Shown here: positions 1-11,416 of the stretch, piece after piece | Layout: each line of letters starts with the position of its first letter | Position numbering within the stretch: position 1 is the stretch's first letter | NCBI RefSeq assembly: GCF_006345805.1 | Contig: NC_043020.1 | Location: 5,022,001 to 5,086,000 of the forward strand | DNA from: Octopus sinensis | Taxonomy: Eukaryota | Direction of reading: 5' to 3' | DNA length: 64,000 nt | Notes under the pieces: generated by a model | The model's input: only the letters and a program-made list of their open reading frames with translations | Database searches by the model: none | What the model was told of the DNA's origin: nothing | Program-made: the position numbers and the translations under genes

Positions 1-883
1 TCGTGTTCTTTTAACTGCTATAAAAAATACACAGTTTCATAATTGCAGAAACAAATTTCATTAGCAAGTTGAAAAACGTGAAGAAAGAGAAAATAATCAC
101 TACATTATTTTATTTATGTACATTTAGCATTTTTAATACAATTTGAAAGTAAAGTAATTTCGTCACAGAGAATTATGACTTAAAATTCACACTAGCTAAT
201 CCTTCGTACTAACTACTAGAGTTCACAACAATTCAAATAAGTCATGTTGGATTTTTATCATAGACATGGCATAAAAAATAGCCAATATCTCAAGGAAAGA
301 GTGTCGTAGAGCTTAGTACATCCAACTATCACAATTGTGAGTGTCGTGGGGTTTAGTAAAATCCTCCGAACACTGAGTAATTTCCCAAAAATCAAGGTTT
401 TTATAACTGCTCATATCTGAATTCTAAGAACTGTATTTTGTGAAATTTCTTTGATGAAAGTTTAGAATTTGTATATAGGCAGTAATTTTAACCAATGGGA
501 TTACCAACAACTATGTCTGTTTGGGCAAATGGACATTAATTCATATTGCCGCCTTTTATGACTTGCTACACCATCATCATCATCATCAACATCAACGTAA
601 TCACCTGCACTGCCATGTCACACACATGCTCGCTCACAAACACACACACACATACAAAAACATAGTGTGTGTGTGTGTGTATCAAATCATCATGATTTAA
701 AATCCATTACCTATACTGGCATTTGCAGGACAGTCTGAGAGTAGCCGGTGAGTCACACTGCTGCATCGGGCAGCAGTGTCAGATTTGGCCGGATTTCAAC
801 ACCTCTGTGCCCTCCCTGAGAACAACCATTTTACACTGAGTGTGTACCAGATGTCATTTCTTTTTGTGTACACCAGCTTTAAT

Positions 884-1050
884 AATGGTTTCACATTTTG
901 GTACCAGGCCAGCAATTTGGAGGGAGACACTGCCTTGGCAATGGTTTCACATTTTGGCACAAAGCCAGCAATTTTGAAGGAGACACTGCCTTGACAATGG
1001 TTTCACATTTTGGCACAAGGCCAGCAATTTTGAGGGAGACACCGCCTTGG
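884..1050. repeat. 56-bp tandem repeat, 3 copies
   Basis: aatggtttcacattttgg...gagacactgccttg begins at 884, 940 and 996. Confidence 0.9.
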
Positions 1051-1614
1051 GGTTGTCAGGTACTTATGTCATCGCCATCATCATTTCATACCCGTTTTCT
1101 ATGCTGGCATGGGCTGGACAGTCTGACAGGGTCTGACATGAGGGGCTGCAAAGCTGTATCATACCCTAATGTCATATAACCTAATTTTAACGTGTGTAAG
1201 AAACCCTTTTTTTGTCAAAATTAGGTTAAAAAAATATGGGACTTACTTATACATGGATAGTATTATAATCCCTTAAAAAACCTTTTTACCAAATCTTAAG
1301 CCCCACCTTAGGCTGACCAAAGCCTTGTGAATAAATTTGGTAGATGGAAACTGAAAGAAGCCCAACATATATGTATGTATGTCTGTGTGTCAGTGTTTGT
1401 CCTCCATCACCACTTGACAACCTGTGTTGGTGTGTCTACATCTCTGTAACTTAGGTTCAAGCCTGAGAGGCAGCCAATGATTTTGTTCTATCCAACCCAA
1501 TATTAATATGGTATTATTTATAGGTTTATATGTATGCTTCGAGATCCAGTTCCATATAAAATTATTTCACATTCTCTCAAACACTTAAAATTCTAATGAC
1601 ACCAACATATATAT

Positions 1615-2532
1615 ATGTAATAATACTCTTCCAGTACTGTTCTGACCTCATCTACAGAATTCATATTTTTTCCGTCCAAATGATTCTGAAGACTGCTGAA
1701 TAAATGATAATCAGATGGGGCGACGTCCAGCAAATATGGTGGGTGGGGCATCATTTCCCATTCAAACTGCTCCAGCCTTTAGAATGTCATCGTCACTGTA
1801 TATGGCCGAGCATTATCCTGATGGAAGAACACCTTTCGTCTTCAAACCAAAGATGGTCGTTTTTCTTCTAGTGCTGACTTAAGCAACTCAAGCTGCTCAC
1901 AGTAGATCTCCCTTGTTATCATTTGGTTCAAAAGTTCAAAGTGGATTAAACCTTTCACATCCCACCAAACAAATAACAACACCTTACAAGGGTGAAGACC
2001 TTCTTTAACCAGTGTTTCTCCTTTCCCTACCCACTGTCTTCGGCGCTTGACATTTTTGAAGAGAGCCCATTTCTCGTCACCAGTCACTCTTCAGTCCAAA
2101 AATGGTTCAGTGATGAGATGTGACAGCAAAGAAGAGCACACATTCACTCTCTGCACGCGATTAGACTCGGAAATTTTGTGAGGAACCCATTGACTGAATT
2201 TGCTGACTTTTTTGAAGGCACACAGGTGTCGATGAATGGTTGAATGACCAAATCCAAGCTTCTCTGCTAGTTCTTCAACAATTACAACAGGATTTTGTTC
2301 CACCAGGTTTTGCAGGACATCCTCGCCAACCTCTACAGATCTTTCAGGGTGAGGCTCGTTTTCTAGGCTGTAGTTTCCATCTCAGAATTTCTGGAACCAC
2401 TGTTGACACTGGATTACACTTGTCCGATCGCTGTATGCTGCATTAACATTCCTTGCACTTTCTGTTGCATTGTTTGCCTTTATTGAACTCATAAAGCAAA
2501 ATATGCCGAATATGTTCCTTTGTCAATTCCAT
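1615..2532 (-). mobile_element. Degenerate mariner (DD34D) transposase
   Basis: ATG 2532 MELTKEHIRHILLYEF; HTH EELAEKLGFGHSTIHRHL; VTGDEKW; WWD; HQDNARP; HPPY..D.APSDYHLF; frameshifts and stops. Confidence 0.92.
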
Positions 2533-2689
2533 TATAGCTTTGAAAAAATAACTGAACTCTTCAAAACTTGCACAAAGAATAAGTACATGGTAAAATTACA
2601 ACCTGCTTTTGTTATCCTGTCTCCCGCCAACTTTTAGTTCATGCAACTGAAAAGACAGCATTATTTACAAGATGACGCTACATATATTC

Positions 2690-3080
2690 TTTTACTTGTT
2701 TCAGTCATTTGACTGCGGCCATGCTGGAGCACCGCCTCTAGTCGAGCAACTCGACCCCGGGAATTATTCTCTGTAAGCGCAGTACTTATTCTATCGGTCA
2801 CTTTTGCCGAACCGCTAAGTGACGGGGACGTAAACACACCAGCATCGGTTGTCAAGCAATGCTAGGGGGACAAACACAGACACACAAATATACACGCACA
2901 CATACATATATATACATAGATGCGATGGGCTTCTTTCAGTTTCTGTCTACCAGATCCACTCACAAGGCTTTGGTCGGCCCGAGGCTATAGTAGAAGACAC
3001 TTGCACAAGGTGCCACGCAGTGGGATTGAACCCGGAACTATGTGGTTGGTAAGCAAGCTACTTACCACACAGCCACTCCT
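2690..3080 (-). mobile_element. tRNA-derived SINE family A (octopus OK/OR-type), full copy; about 18 copies in window
   Basis: Head AGGAGTGGCTGTGTGGTAAG...GGTTC(A/C)..CCCACTGCGTGGC, CCTTGGGCAAGT core, internal (TA)(TG) tract, tail GGCGGTGCTCCAGCATGGCCGCAGTCAAATGACTGAAAC. Other copies near 11655, 13204, 16067, 29355, 31340, 33680, 37698, 45510, 47120, 50200, 50931, 60255. Confidence 0.9.
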
Positions 3081-3082
3081 GA

Positions 3083-3123
<41 letters not shown>

Positions 3124-3373
3124 CTCCTTTCATCCTTTTACTTGTTTTAGTCATTAGACTGTGGCTGTGCTGGAAGAATTTTAGTCAGATGAATTTACTC
3201 CAGGAATTACTTTTAAGCCTGGTACTTATTCTATCAGTCCCTTAAGCTGACCCACTGGCTTACAGAGATGTAAACACACCAACACCGGTTGCACAAACAC
3301 CCACAGGCACACGTGTGTATGTATATATGTGCATGCATTTAAGTGTATACATGTGTGTGTGTGTATATATGTG

Positions 3374-3409
<36 letters not shown>

Positions 3410-3449
<40 letters not shown>

Positions 3450-4035
3450 GATAGATAGATAGATAGACAGACAGATATATAGATAGACAGATATATAAAT
3501 AAGACCAAAAGGGTACGGGTGCCGCTATATATATATATATGTAAGAAAATATAAACTGGGACAAGAACGCAAAACATTTAGAAGACGAGACAAAAAACAC
3601 AGACGGGACATTCGAAGCCTTCAATCTTCAGTCAAGAACCGGATCATCTGATTGCTCCGACCTGGCCAGCCCCAAAGGAAAATCTAAGCCAAGCGCATTA
3701 GATTCCTTGGAAGAAAGCCTCGAATGTATACAAAACAAGGACGGAAAAACGGACGATGTTACACGAATAAGAATACAATAGACAGACGGACAGACAGATA
3801 GATAGACAGATAGACAGACAGATAGAAAGACAGACAGATATATAGATAGACAGATAGATAGACAGATAGATAGATAGACAGATAGATAGATAGACAGATA
3901 GATAGATAGACAGATAGACAGAAGGATAGATATGTAGACAGATAGACAGAAGGATAGATATGTAGACAGATAGATAGACAGATAGATAGATAGATATGTA
4001 GACAGATAGATAGATAGATAGATAGATAGATATAA
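3410..4035. repeat. (GATA)/(GACA)n microsatellite blocks flanking a dispersed repeat
   Basis: GATA/GACA arrays at 3410-3490 and 3775-4035. The intervening 3540-3775 is the reverse complement of a repeat at about 42810-43110. Confidence 0.85.
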
Positions 4036-4121
4036 TTGTGCTTCATCCTGAATATTTAACAAAGAAACAATGTGAAGTAAAAAAAAAGTTTCAGAGCATT
4101 AGAAAACATGGTCAAGCTTAC

Positions 4122-4502
4122 ATTGCCCAGATAATTCTTGATAACACTGTTGAAATTCTTCATCAATTATTCTCACTCTTATCTTCGGGTGAAATTTCTG
4201 CTTTATATCTGGTTTGATAAGACACTCCTGGAGAAGGTGGAGAAACTTCCCACTTTTGTACATTTCCCAAAGATCTAACAAACCATTCAGTGTATAGCAA
4301 TGGAACCAGAGATGGATACTTCCATTTGTAATATCAGTAAATGCCCGGTCTTTGCTGCTTAGATTTTCCATAAGTTTGCAAAACTTTATAATGCGCACGT
4401 ATGTGCCATCAAATTGTCTCGCAAACTCTTCATAAGCTTCAGAAGAGTTGTCTTGCCGTTTGATGCTGCAGAGCCATGACTTCAGTACATTACACATCTC
4501 AC
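4122..4502 (-). CDS. 3' part of TRADD-N-like domain exon of the CARD gene (5' part displaced by inversion)
   Basis: EMCNVLKSWLCS...GSIHLWFHCYTLNGLLDLWEMYKSGKFLHLLQECLI...IRVRIIDEEFQQCYQEL. The GSI..C..L..L...Y.SG.L...L pattern resembles invertebrate TRADD-N-like domains. Donor CAAT|GTAAGC at 4121. No phase-compatible acceptor immediately upstream. Confidence 0.65.
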
Positions 4503-4503
4503 G

Positions 4504-4561
4504 AAGCTAGCCGGGTAAGTAGGTAGGCAGATATCTGCCTACCTACTTACCCGGCTAGCTT
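4504..4561. repeat. 58-bp perfect palindrome at inversion breakpoint
   Basis: aagctagccgggtaagtaggtaggcagat|atctgcctacctacttacccggctagctt, centred on GATATC. Confidence 0.97.
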
Positions 4562-5059
4562 TCGTTTCATTTTCATTCAGTCTAGAAACATGCCAACAAC
4601 TACCCAGGAATTTACCTTGGCCTTATCAAGTGAAGGAGAATGCTATTCAACTGTCCACGTGTGCTTGTTCATGTGTGTGGGTGTGTTTGTGTGTATGAAG
4701 GAATCAGCTTGTTTCCTCTCTCTCTGTCTGAACCCTTCCCTGTTGGTGGTACCCTACATTATACCCGCAATCCTCTTCTTCCTGCACAAACGCAACCAGT
4801 TTTAGCTGACTCCCTCCTAACCTAACCTTGGAATATCCATATTTTTGCTACACAACTTAAATCTACACCATTCGATGACCATAATGCTTATACTTACAAC
4901 ACTGCTAACACCAGCTCCTACCTCCAGTGTATTGTGTTATTGTGGTTTTGAAACATAGGAGGAAAACTGTTACTAAAGTTTTCAAATTATGTCTGTGTAT
5001 CTGATTGCTTTTTTTCTGTGGAGAAATTGAGTGTTTTTCTTCTTTTTAAAGGATATTTA

Positions 5060-5395
5060 GTTGTGGTTTATATTTTTAATGATATGCTTTCCTTATTCAA
5101 TTGGAATTGGGTTGAAGTGTTTCCAGTGCATTGATAGAGAGAGACGATTTGGTATTTTGAGTTTATGTTTGCAGGGCATTGGTCTAAGTGTTTGCTTATG
5201 GGAATTTTCCTGGTCATGGGGTCCCAGATTTGTTGCTTGTATACCGTCAGTATGTCCCTCAAGGTCAAACTAGTCTGACCTATGTAGTCTCCATCACACC
5301 CACCATATTTGAGGACATAGAGTAAGTTCTTCAAAGCACAGGTGCTGTTTTTGTCTATTTTCTTGATATTTTGTGGTGGGGAAACTAATAGTAAA
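5060..5395 (-). mobile_element. Penelope-like element GIY-YIG endonuclease remnant
   Basis: STCALKNLLYVLKYGGCDGDYIGQTSLTLR...ISKHLDQC: decayed C..NLIY.I.C..C...YIGQT signature. Confidence 0.75.
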
Positions 5396-5458
5396 TATTT
5401 TAAAACTAAAAAAAAACTAAGAAAAAATACCAAAACAGCCTGTTTATTTTTCTTGCAG

Positions 5459-5648
5459 GGGAGATAAGCAAGCAAGTTGACATTGAGAACTTAGCCAGTT
5501 CTGACAGTAAAGGAAAAGAGTGCTTAAGTGAGATGTGTAATGTACTGAAGTCATGGCTCTGCAGCATCAAACGGCAAGACAACTCTCCTGAAGCTTATGA
5601 AGAGTTTGTGAGACAATTTGATGGCACATACGTGCGCATTATAAAGTT
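5459..5648 (+). pseudogene. Inverted 5' part of the same exon (acceptor plus first 63 codons)
   Basis: tttttcttgcag| phase-1 acceptor, then (G)EISKQVDIENLASSDSKGKECLSEMCNVLKSWLCSIKRQDNSPEAYEEFVRQFDGTYVRIIK. 5528-5648 is the reverse complement of 4382-4502 with 2 mismatches. Confidence 0.8.
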
Positions 5649-6098
5649 GTGTTTGTCTCAGTAGAGAGATAGAGAAAGAGAGAGTGCAGGTAATATGTAG
5701 AGAACAGCACAGTGAGGAGGAGGGTCTGGGAGAATAGACACAGTTAATGGTGGTGGGAGAAAGGATATCCGGTGTACCTCAATATTTAATTATGTCTGGT
5801 TTAGTAACCGATAATTGTACACAATATCTGAAGATCACTAATTCATAATCCAATTAAGGCTCAGGCTTTTTAAATAATATACTTTGAATTAAAAGATCTA
5901 GTAGTCTCAATTTGAATTTCAAACCTAGGGTCAGGATAAGGTCAATCCCATAGCAGTTTTTATAGCAATTCAGGATTCCAAATCCTTCACTCACATTCTT
6001 TGCACGCAAAAATTATAGTAACCTAAGAAAATAATGCTAGCTAAGCCTACATACACTTAGTTCATTTTGAACCATATCTGTGGATGGACCTTGCTTAA

Positions 6099-6645
6099 CC
6101 CTATTTATTTTGAGATGCTGTGTTTCTTTCAATTACTTTAAATATAATAAATAATTTAGTAAAATAACTTAATTATCATTCAGCTCGTGTTAGGAACATA
6201 AATTGTGACTAAGGTTTGGTGGAAGATTTTAATTCAGAACTTTTGAAAACAAGACATTTGTACTACAGAGCCAGATTCAGCCGGGTTAGTAACGAAAGGG
6301 TTAAGAGAAGCTATTTAAGAAAGGAAGAATGATTTTATTGCTGTTGAAGTCATCTTCACCTTTCATATCTTCAACATCAATATTAATGGGACCTGTGAAG
6401 ATTCCACAGAGTGAAAAAGATTAACCCTTTTGTTACCATATTTCTGTTGAGATGCTCTGTGTTTCTTTCGATTGATTTTAAATGTGACAAAGAATTTAGT
6501 AAAATAACTTAGTTATTATTAAGCTAGTGTTAGGAACATAAATTGTGACTAAGGTTTGGTGGAAGATTTTAATTCAAAACTTATGAAAACAAGACATTTG
6601 TACTCAGAGCCAGAGGTGGGTTCAGCCGGGTTGGTATCAAAAGGG
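6099..6645. mobile_element. Two piggyBac-like MITEs (TTAA target, CCCTT...AAGGG ends)
   Basis: TTAA|CCCT...AAAGGG|TTAA at 6099-6300 and 6425-6645 with near-identical internal sequence. A related copy at 58035-58595 is interrupted by an RTE tail. Confidence 0.75.
6360..6392 (-). CDS. Possible 33-nt symmetric micro-exon of the CARD gene
   Basis: cttcacag|GT CCC ATT...ATG AAA G|gtgaag, phase 1 to 1 (GPINIDVEDMK), between two MITEs; weak donor, no homology support. Confidence 0.2.
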
Positions 6646-6981
6646 TTAAAGTTGCAGACTAATAATCAGTTGAAAGTAACTAGATGCAAATGCAATTGCT
6701 CGATGTCTATGCACCAGAAATGTGTTGGATAAGTTTAAAGCAAATATGTTGTACAATTGACTATGGAAATAAAAGAATATGCAGATGTACAAATCTCCAT
6801 ATTCATTGTAATTGTCTTAGATATACACATGGTAAAATATTGATAATCTTGCGAAGCAAACCCAGTATATACCCATTGAATGAAATACAGTGTTAGCCAC
6901 AACCCGGATTATAATCGAGCGCTCAAATGATACCAGCCTGGAGAATCTATCCCCACTTATTCATTATATATATATATGTAT

Positions 6982-7212
6982 GGCGGCAAGCTGGCAGAAA
7001 CGTTAGCACGCCGGGCGAAACGCTTAGCGGTATTTCGTCTGTCGTTACGTTCTGAGTTCATATTCCGCCGAGGTCGACGATGCCTTTCATCCTTTCGGGG
7101 TCGATAAATAAAGTACCTGTGGCGTACTGGGTCTCGATGTAAATCGACTTAATCCCTTTGTCTGTCCTTGTTTGTCCCCTCTGTGTTTAGCCCCTTGTGG
7201 GTAGTAAAGAAA
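6982..7212 (+). mobile_element. tRNA-derived SINE family B; more than 15 full or partial copies in window
   Basis: GGCGGC(G)AGCTGGCAGAAACGTTAGCAC...GTTCTGAGTTCAAATTCCGCCGAGGTCGAC..CTTTCATCCTTTCGGGGTCGATAAA...CCCCTTGTGGGTAGTAAAGAAATA. Also at 9447, 14668-15465, 16855-17258, 18145-18320, 44600-47000 (decayed), 54445, 58957. Confidence 0.9.
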
Positions 7213-7313
7213 TATATATATATATGAATAAATAAATAAATGGAGTTGAACGAAGATGTTAATAAAATTCCTTTACTTTCAACATATGTTTCGAAGACAG
7301 AGAGGCTCCCTTT

Positions 7314-7395
7314 CTTTCCTGATGAGAAGATTGCATCTTACACCGTTTATTCCTTTGGAATAAAACCATGTTGTCTTCGAAACATATGTCGAAAG
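7314..7395 (+). ncRNA. Minimal type I hammerhead ribozyme motif, canonical core
   Basis: Stem I CTTTC/GAAAG; CTGATGA; stem II GAAGA/TCTTC; GAAA; palindromic stem III ACATATGT; GUC cleavage triplet (after 7390). Confidence 0.8.
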
Positions 7396-8154
7396 TAAAA
7401 GAATTTTATTAACATCTTCGTTCAACTCCATTTATTTATTTATTCATATATAACACACAAATTTCTGCACATGAACCCAGAGTTTCTACCTTTGGATAGG
7501 TCGCTTCAACCATGTTTCTGATGTGAATTTGCTACCCTGGTATCGGTTCATCGAATTTTCCATGTTGACAGTAAACATAGGATAATTTATTCACCCATCG
7601 AAATATATATATATATATCTGGTAGTGATAACAATAACACCATACACCTTCTCAAACGTCAATTGTTGATGTCACCTATCTCTAGACCAATGAAATTTTA
7701 CCTCTGATCAGAACCAGATGCTCAGTAAAAAAAACAAACTGACCCTTTAAGAGAATGAACCAACCGGAAAGATTGATCGCCATTCCCTTCAACAAAGTCA
7801 ACCAGGTAGAATGCCAAACTTGACCCCCAGGAAGAATAAGATGTCATAAGAATTATAATGATTCAAAAATTAGGTCCATTCGTGGAAAAACATGTATATA
7901 AACTAATTCCAAAAAGCAGAATGCCATGTATGATAGAAACTGTAAAAACAAACCTTTTTTTTTTTACTCCCTTCTCTTCTTCTTTCTCTCGTCCACATAT
8001 TCTATAATAACTCGTTATGACCAAACTTTCAGTAATCCACATTTTTAATACTCTTTGAAGATCATTTTTGATATTATCTAACTCTGTCATCGAATTCTGT
8101 GAACATTTAACCATGTGCATTTTCAAAAACAAATTCTCCTATATATATCATCAT

Positions 8155-8690
8155 CATCATCATCGTTTACCGTCCGTTTTCCATGCTAGTATAGTTTCGA
8201 TGGTTCAACCGGGGTCTGGGAAGCCAGGAGGCTGGACCAGGCTCCAGTCTGATCTGGCAGTGTTTCTACAGCTGGATGCCCTTCCTAACACCAACCACTC
8301 CGTGAGTGGAGTGGGTGCATTTTACGTGCCACCGGCACAGGTGCCAGGGGAGGCTGGCAACGGCCATGATCAGTTGGTGCATTTTACATGCCACTGGCAC
8401 GGAAGCCAGTCAAGGCGGCTCTGGCATTGGCCATGTTCGGATGGTGCTTTTAACGTGCCACCGGCACAGGTATCACAATTACAATTTCCATTTCATTTTT
8501 TGTTGTTGATGTACTTGACCCAATAGGTCTCCTCAAGCACAGCAGGTCGCCCTACGATCCAAGGTAAGCAGTGCAGGCCGTCCTGCAATCCAAGGCACTT
8601 TAGATGGGCTGAGGCTTCTATGTGAAGCTGGTGCAAGAAATAGCCATTTATATATATATATATATTCCAACCCATGCTAGCATAGAAAAC
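8155..8690 (-). mobile_element. 5'-truncated RTE 3' UTR copies (about 20 in window)
   Basis: GGTGGCACGTAAAAAGCACC...GGCGTTAGGAAGGGCATCCAGCTGTAGAAAC...CATGGAAAACGGACG..(GAT)n. Also near 8700, 10385, 29870, 32690, 39720, 41800, 46360, 51340, 51990, 53635, 55805, 58085, 59621, 60730, 62365, 63262, 63870. Confidence 0.85.
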
Positions 8691-9249
8691 GGACATTAAA
8701 TGTAAAAAGCACCCACTGCACTCATGGAGTGGTTGGCGTTAGGAAGGGCATCCAGCCGTAGAAACATTGCCAGATCAGACTGGGCCTGGTGCAGCCTTCT
8801 GGCTTCCCAGACCCCAGTTGACCTGTCCAACTCATGCCAGCATGGAAAGCGGACGCTAAATGGTGATGATGATGATGATGATGATGATGTATATCATTTT
8901 TTATATTTCACTTTCAGTCGTTGGACTGCAGTCATTCTGGGGCACCACCTTAGCTAAAGAAACTTAAACCAAAACTTATTTTCCCTTCTTCTGTTTAATC
9001 ACTAAGTTAAGGGGATGTAAACAAACCAACAGTAGATTGTCTAGTGGTAGTAAGGGGACAAATGCAAACACACACTCATGTGAATGTGTGTGTGTGAGTG
9101 AGTGGCTTGCTCGCAATTTCATTCTACCAAATTCCCTCACATGGCATTGGTCAGCTTGGGGCTATAGTAGAGGGCAATTGCCCATGGTGCTGTGCACTAG
9201 AACTGAACCCAATGCCATTCAGTTTCAAAGCGAGATTCTTAATCACATA

Positions 9250-10265
9250 ATCATCATCATCATCATATGTCTGTTTTTCATACTGCATGGGTTGGCTGGT
9301 TTGACAGGAGATAACCAACTGAAGAACTGACCAGGCTCCCTGTGTGTTTAGGCAAGGTTTCTATGACTTGATGCCCTTCCTGAAGCCAACCACTTTACAA
9401 AGAGTTCTGGCTGCTTTTATGTGGCACTGGTATAGGTGCTTTTTAAGGCGGCGAGCTGGCAGAAATGTTAGCTCACTAGGTGAAATGCGTAGCCGTATTT
9501 CGTCTGCTGTTACGTTCTGAGTTCAAATTCCGCCGAGGTCGACTTTGCCTTTCATCCTTTCGGGGTCGATAAATTAAGTACCAGTTACGCACTGGGGTTG
9601 ATGTAATCGACTTAATCTGTTTGTCTGTCCTTGTTTGTAACCTCTGTGTCTAGCCCCTTGTGAGTAGTAAAGAAATAGGTATAGGTGCTTTTTACATGAC
9701 ACTAGCACTTGCAAGCCCTCAAGATTAGGGATACTCAACTGAAGAGTGATCTAGGGGACGTGCTTGTATGCAAGGACAACCATGATTTTACATAGCTTGA
9801 TTTGTCACCTCAAGCACAGCAAACCTCTGGGATCTCCTCTATTAGGCCCAATGCCTTAAGATTACTTTCTAACCACTTTATTCCACAATTAGAGACTGGT
9901 ATCACTTGATGCAACCCTTCATTCATATGCATTACATGATTGTACCAGCACAGTCTTCTCTCTTGCACACTACATCTGATGCCTTGTATATCCAGTTTTT
10001 CTCACAAATCACCTACACTCTGTCATATATGCACATTGACATTACCAATCCAGCAGAGCATACTGGCTTCATTTCTCTCAAGTCTCAGTAGTCACAGCCC
10101 GTGTTTCACTGCTATGTAGCATAGCTGTTCATACACAGACGTCATACAACCTACCTTTCACTCTGAGGAAGAGGCCCCTTTGTTACTAGCAGAGGTAGTA
10201 GCTCTCTGAACTTTGCCCATTCTATTCTTATTCTAGCAGTTACGCTTTTGGAACAACATCCAAAG
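9250..10265 (-). mobile_element. RTE-clade LINE 3' remnant with 3' UTR, interrupted by SINE B (9447-9678)
   Basis: ARIRIEWAKFRELLPLLVTKG...VQERRLCWYNHVMHM, running into the GGAAGGGCATCCAG...CCAACCCATGC...(GAT)n tail. Confidence 0.8.
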
Positions 10266-10881
10266 TAACAGAAACTCTCTCTCTTTTACTATTTTACTTG
10301 TTTCAGTCATTTGACTGCGGCCATGCTGGAGCACCGCCTTTAATCGAGCAACTCGACCCCGGGACTTATTCTTTTGTAAAAAGCACTCACTACACTCATG
10401 GAGTGGTTGGCGTTAGGAAGGGCATCCAGCCGTAGAAACATTGCCAGATCAGACTAAGCCTGGTGCAGCCTTCTGGCTTCCCAGACCCCAGTTGCACCGT
10501 CCAACCCATGCCAGCATGGAAAGCGGGCGCTAAATGATGATGATGATGATGATGATATATATATATGTTTCATGTGGGTGTATGTGTGTACATAAGGGTT
10601 TTCTTTACACATGTGGAGGTATAAAGAGGATAAAGATTGAAAATGAACTTGGTATCTTTAACAAGATTTAGTTGCATTTACTTAACCGGTTTCACAATTA
10701 ACTGATTTTCAATAGTAGTGTGAAATGCAAGGAGCTGGAGCTATGTATGCCTCAGTGTGTGTGTGTGTGTGTGTGTGCGTGTGCATGTGTAAAAAAGACA
10801 GAGTGTATGTTTGTAAGGGGAAGTGTTGTGGAGTGTTTATGAAAGAAAGAGTGTGTCTGTATTTGTATGTGAAGAAATTAC

Positions 10882-11416
10882 CTGGTTTCCGTTTTCGATA
10901 CTCGGTAGATGTCAGTAACTTGGCCAAATTCTTTTGCTCAGATCTCTTCAGGGCCTCTACAAGTACACTAAATGCTTTATCTGGCTTGCAGGTCACCAAA
11001 GAAATGAGCATTTCATTCATAGCCATACGGATTCCCTTACTTTTAACTGTGTCCATCTCAGAGATTGTTAATACTTTCTTTGCCAATAAAATATTGAGCA
11101 CTTCATCAGGAATCATATTTTCCACCAATTTCACCAAACAGTCATTCAGGCGCCTCTTGTGTTCTGGACTCATTATCTCTATATCCTCATCTGATGAGTC
11201 ATCAACGTATGGCCTCAGCTGTGAATTGCTCGCATTGTGAAGTTCCTCGGTGACCTGTAAAGTGCCTGATGTACTCGGCAAAGCATTATGGATGCCTGTT
11301 GAAAAGTTCCCTTGCTCAGGAATGCTTGTTACATTTTTCTTTGATCTACATTTACGTACATAATTTTTCTTGTTTCTCTGCGATCGCGAGAGATTCTTCT
11401 TTCTCTTAGATCCCAT
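10882..11416 (-). CDS. CARD (death-fold) protein, first coding exon
   Basis: Acceptor tatctttcag at 11481-11490, 64 nt UTR, ATG at 11416. Basic NLS-like N-terminus, acidic DDSSDEDIE, then helical CARD-like MSPEHKRRLNDCLVKLVENMIPDEVLNILLAKKVLT...FSVLVEALKRSEQKNLAKLL. Donor CCAG|GTAATT, phase 1. The rest of the listed ORF is intronic. Confidence 0.8.

Noticed and set aside
711-815. Candidate 105-nt phase 1 to 1 exon on the - strand (ttctcag|...ATAG|gtaatg) with in-frame TGA
   Set aside because: No recognisable domain. It could be a terminal or decayed exon of the CARD gene, but there is no support for that or for selenocysteine; left unresolved.
7863-8132. 89-aa ORF, - strand
   Set aside because: No recognisable motif or convincing splice sites; possibly a decayed element.
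11191-11200. CTGATGA matches at 11192, 27641 and 43627
   Set aside because: No properly placed stem II, GAAA and stem I'; not counted as hammerheads.
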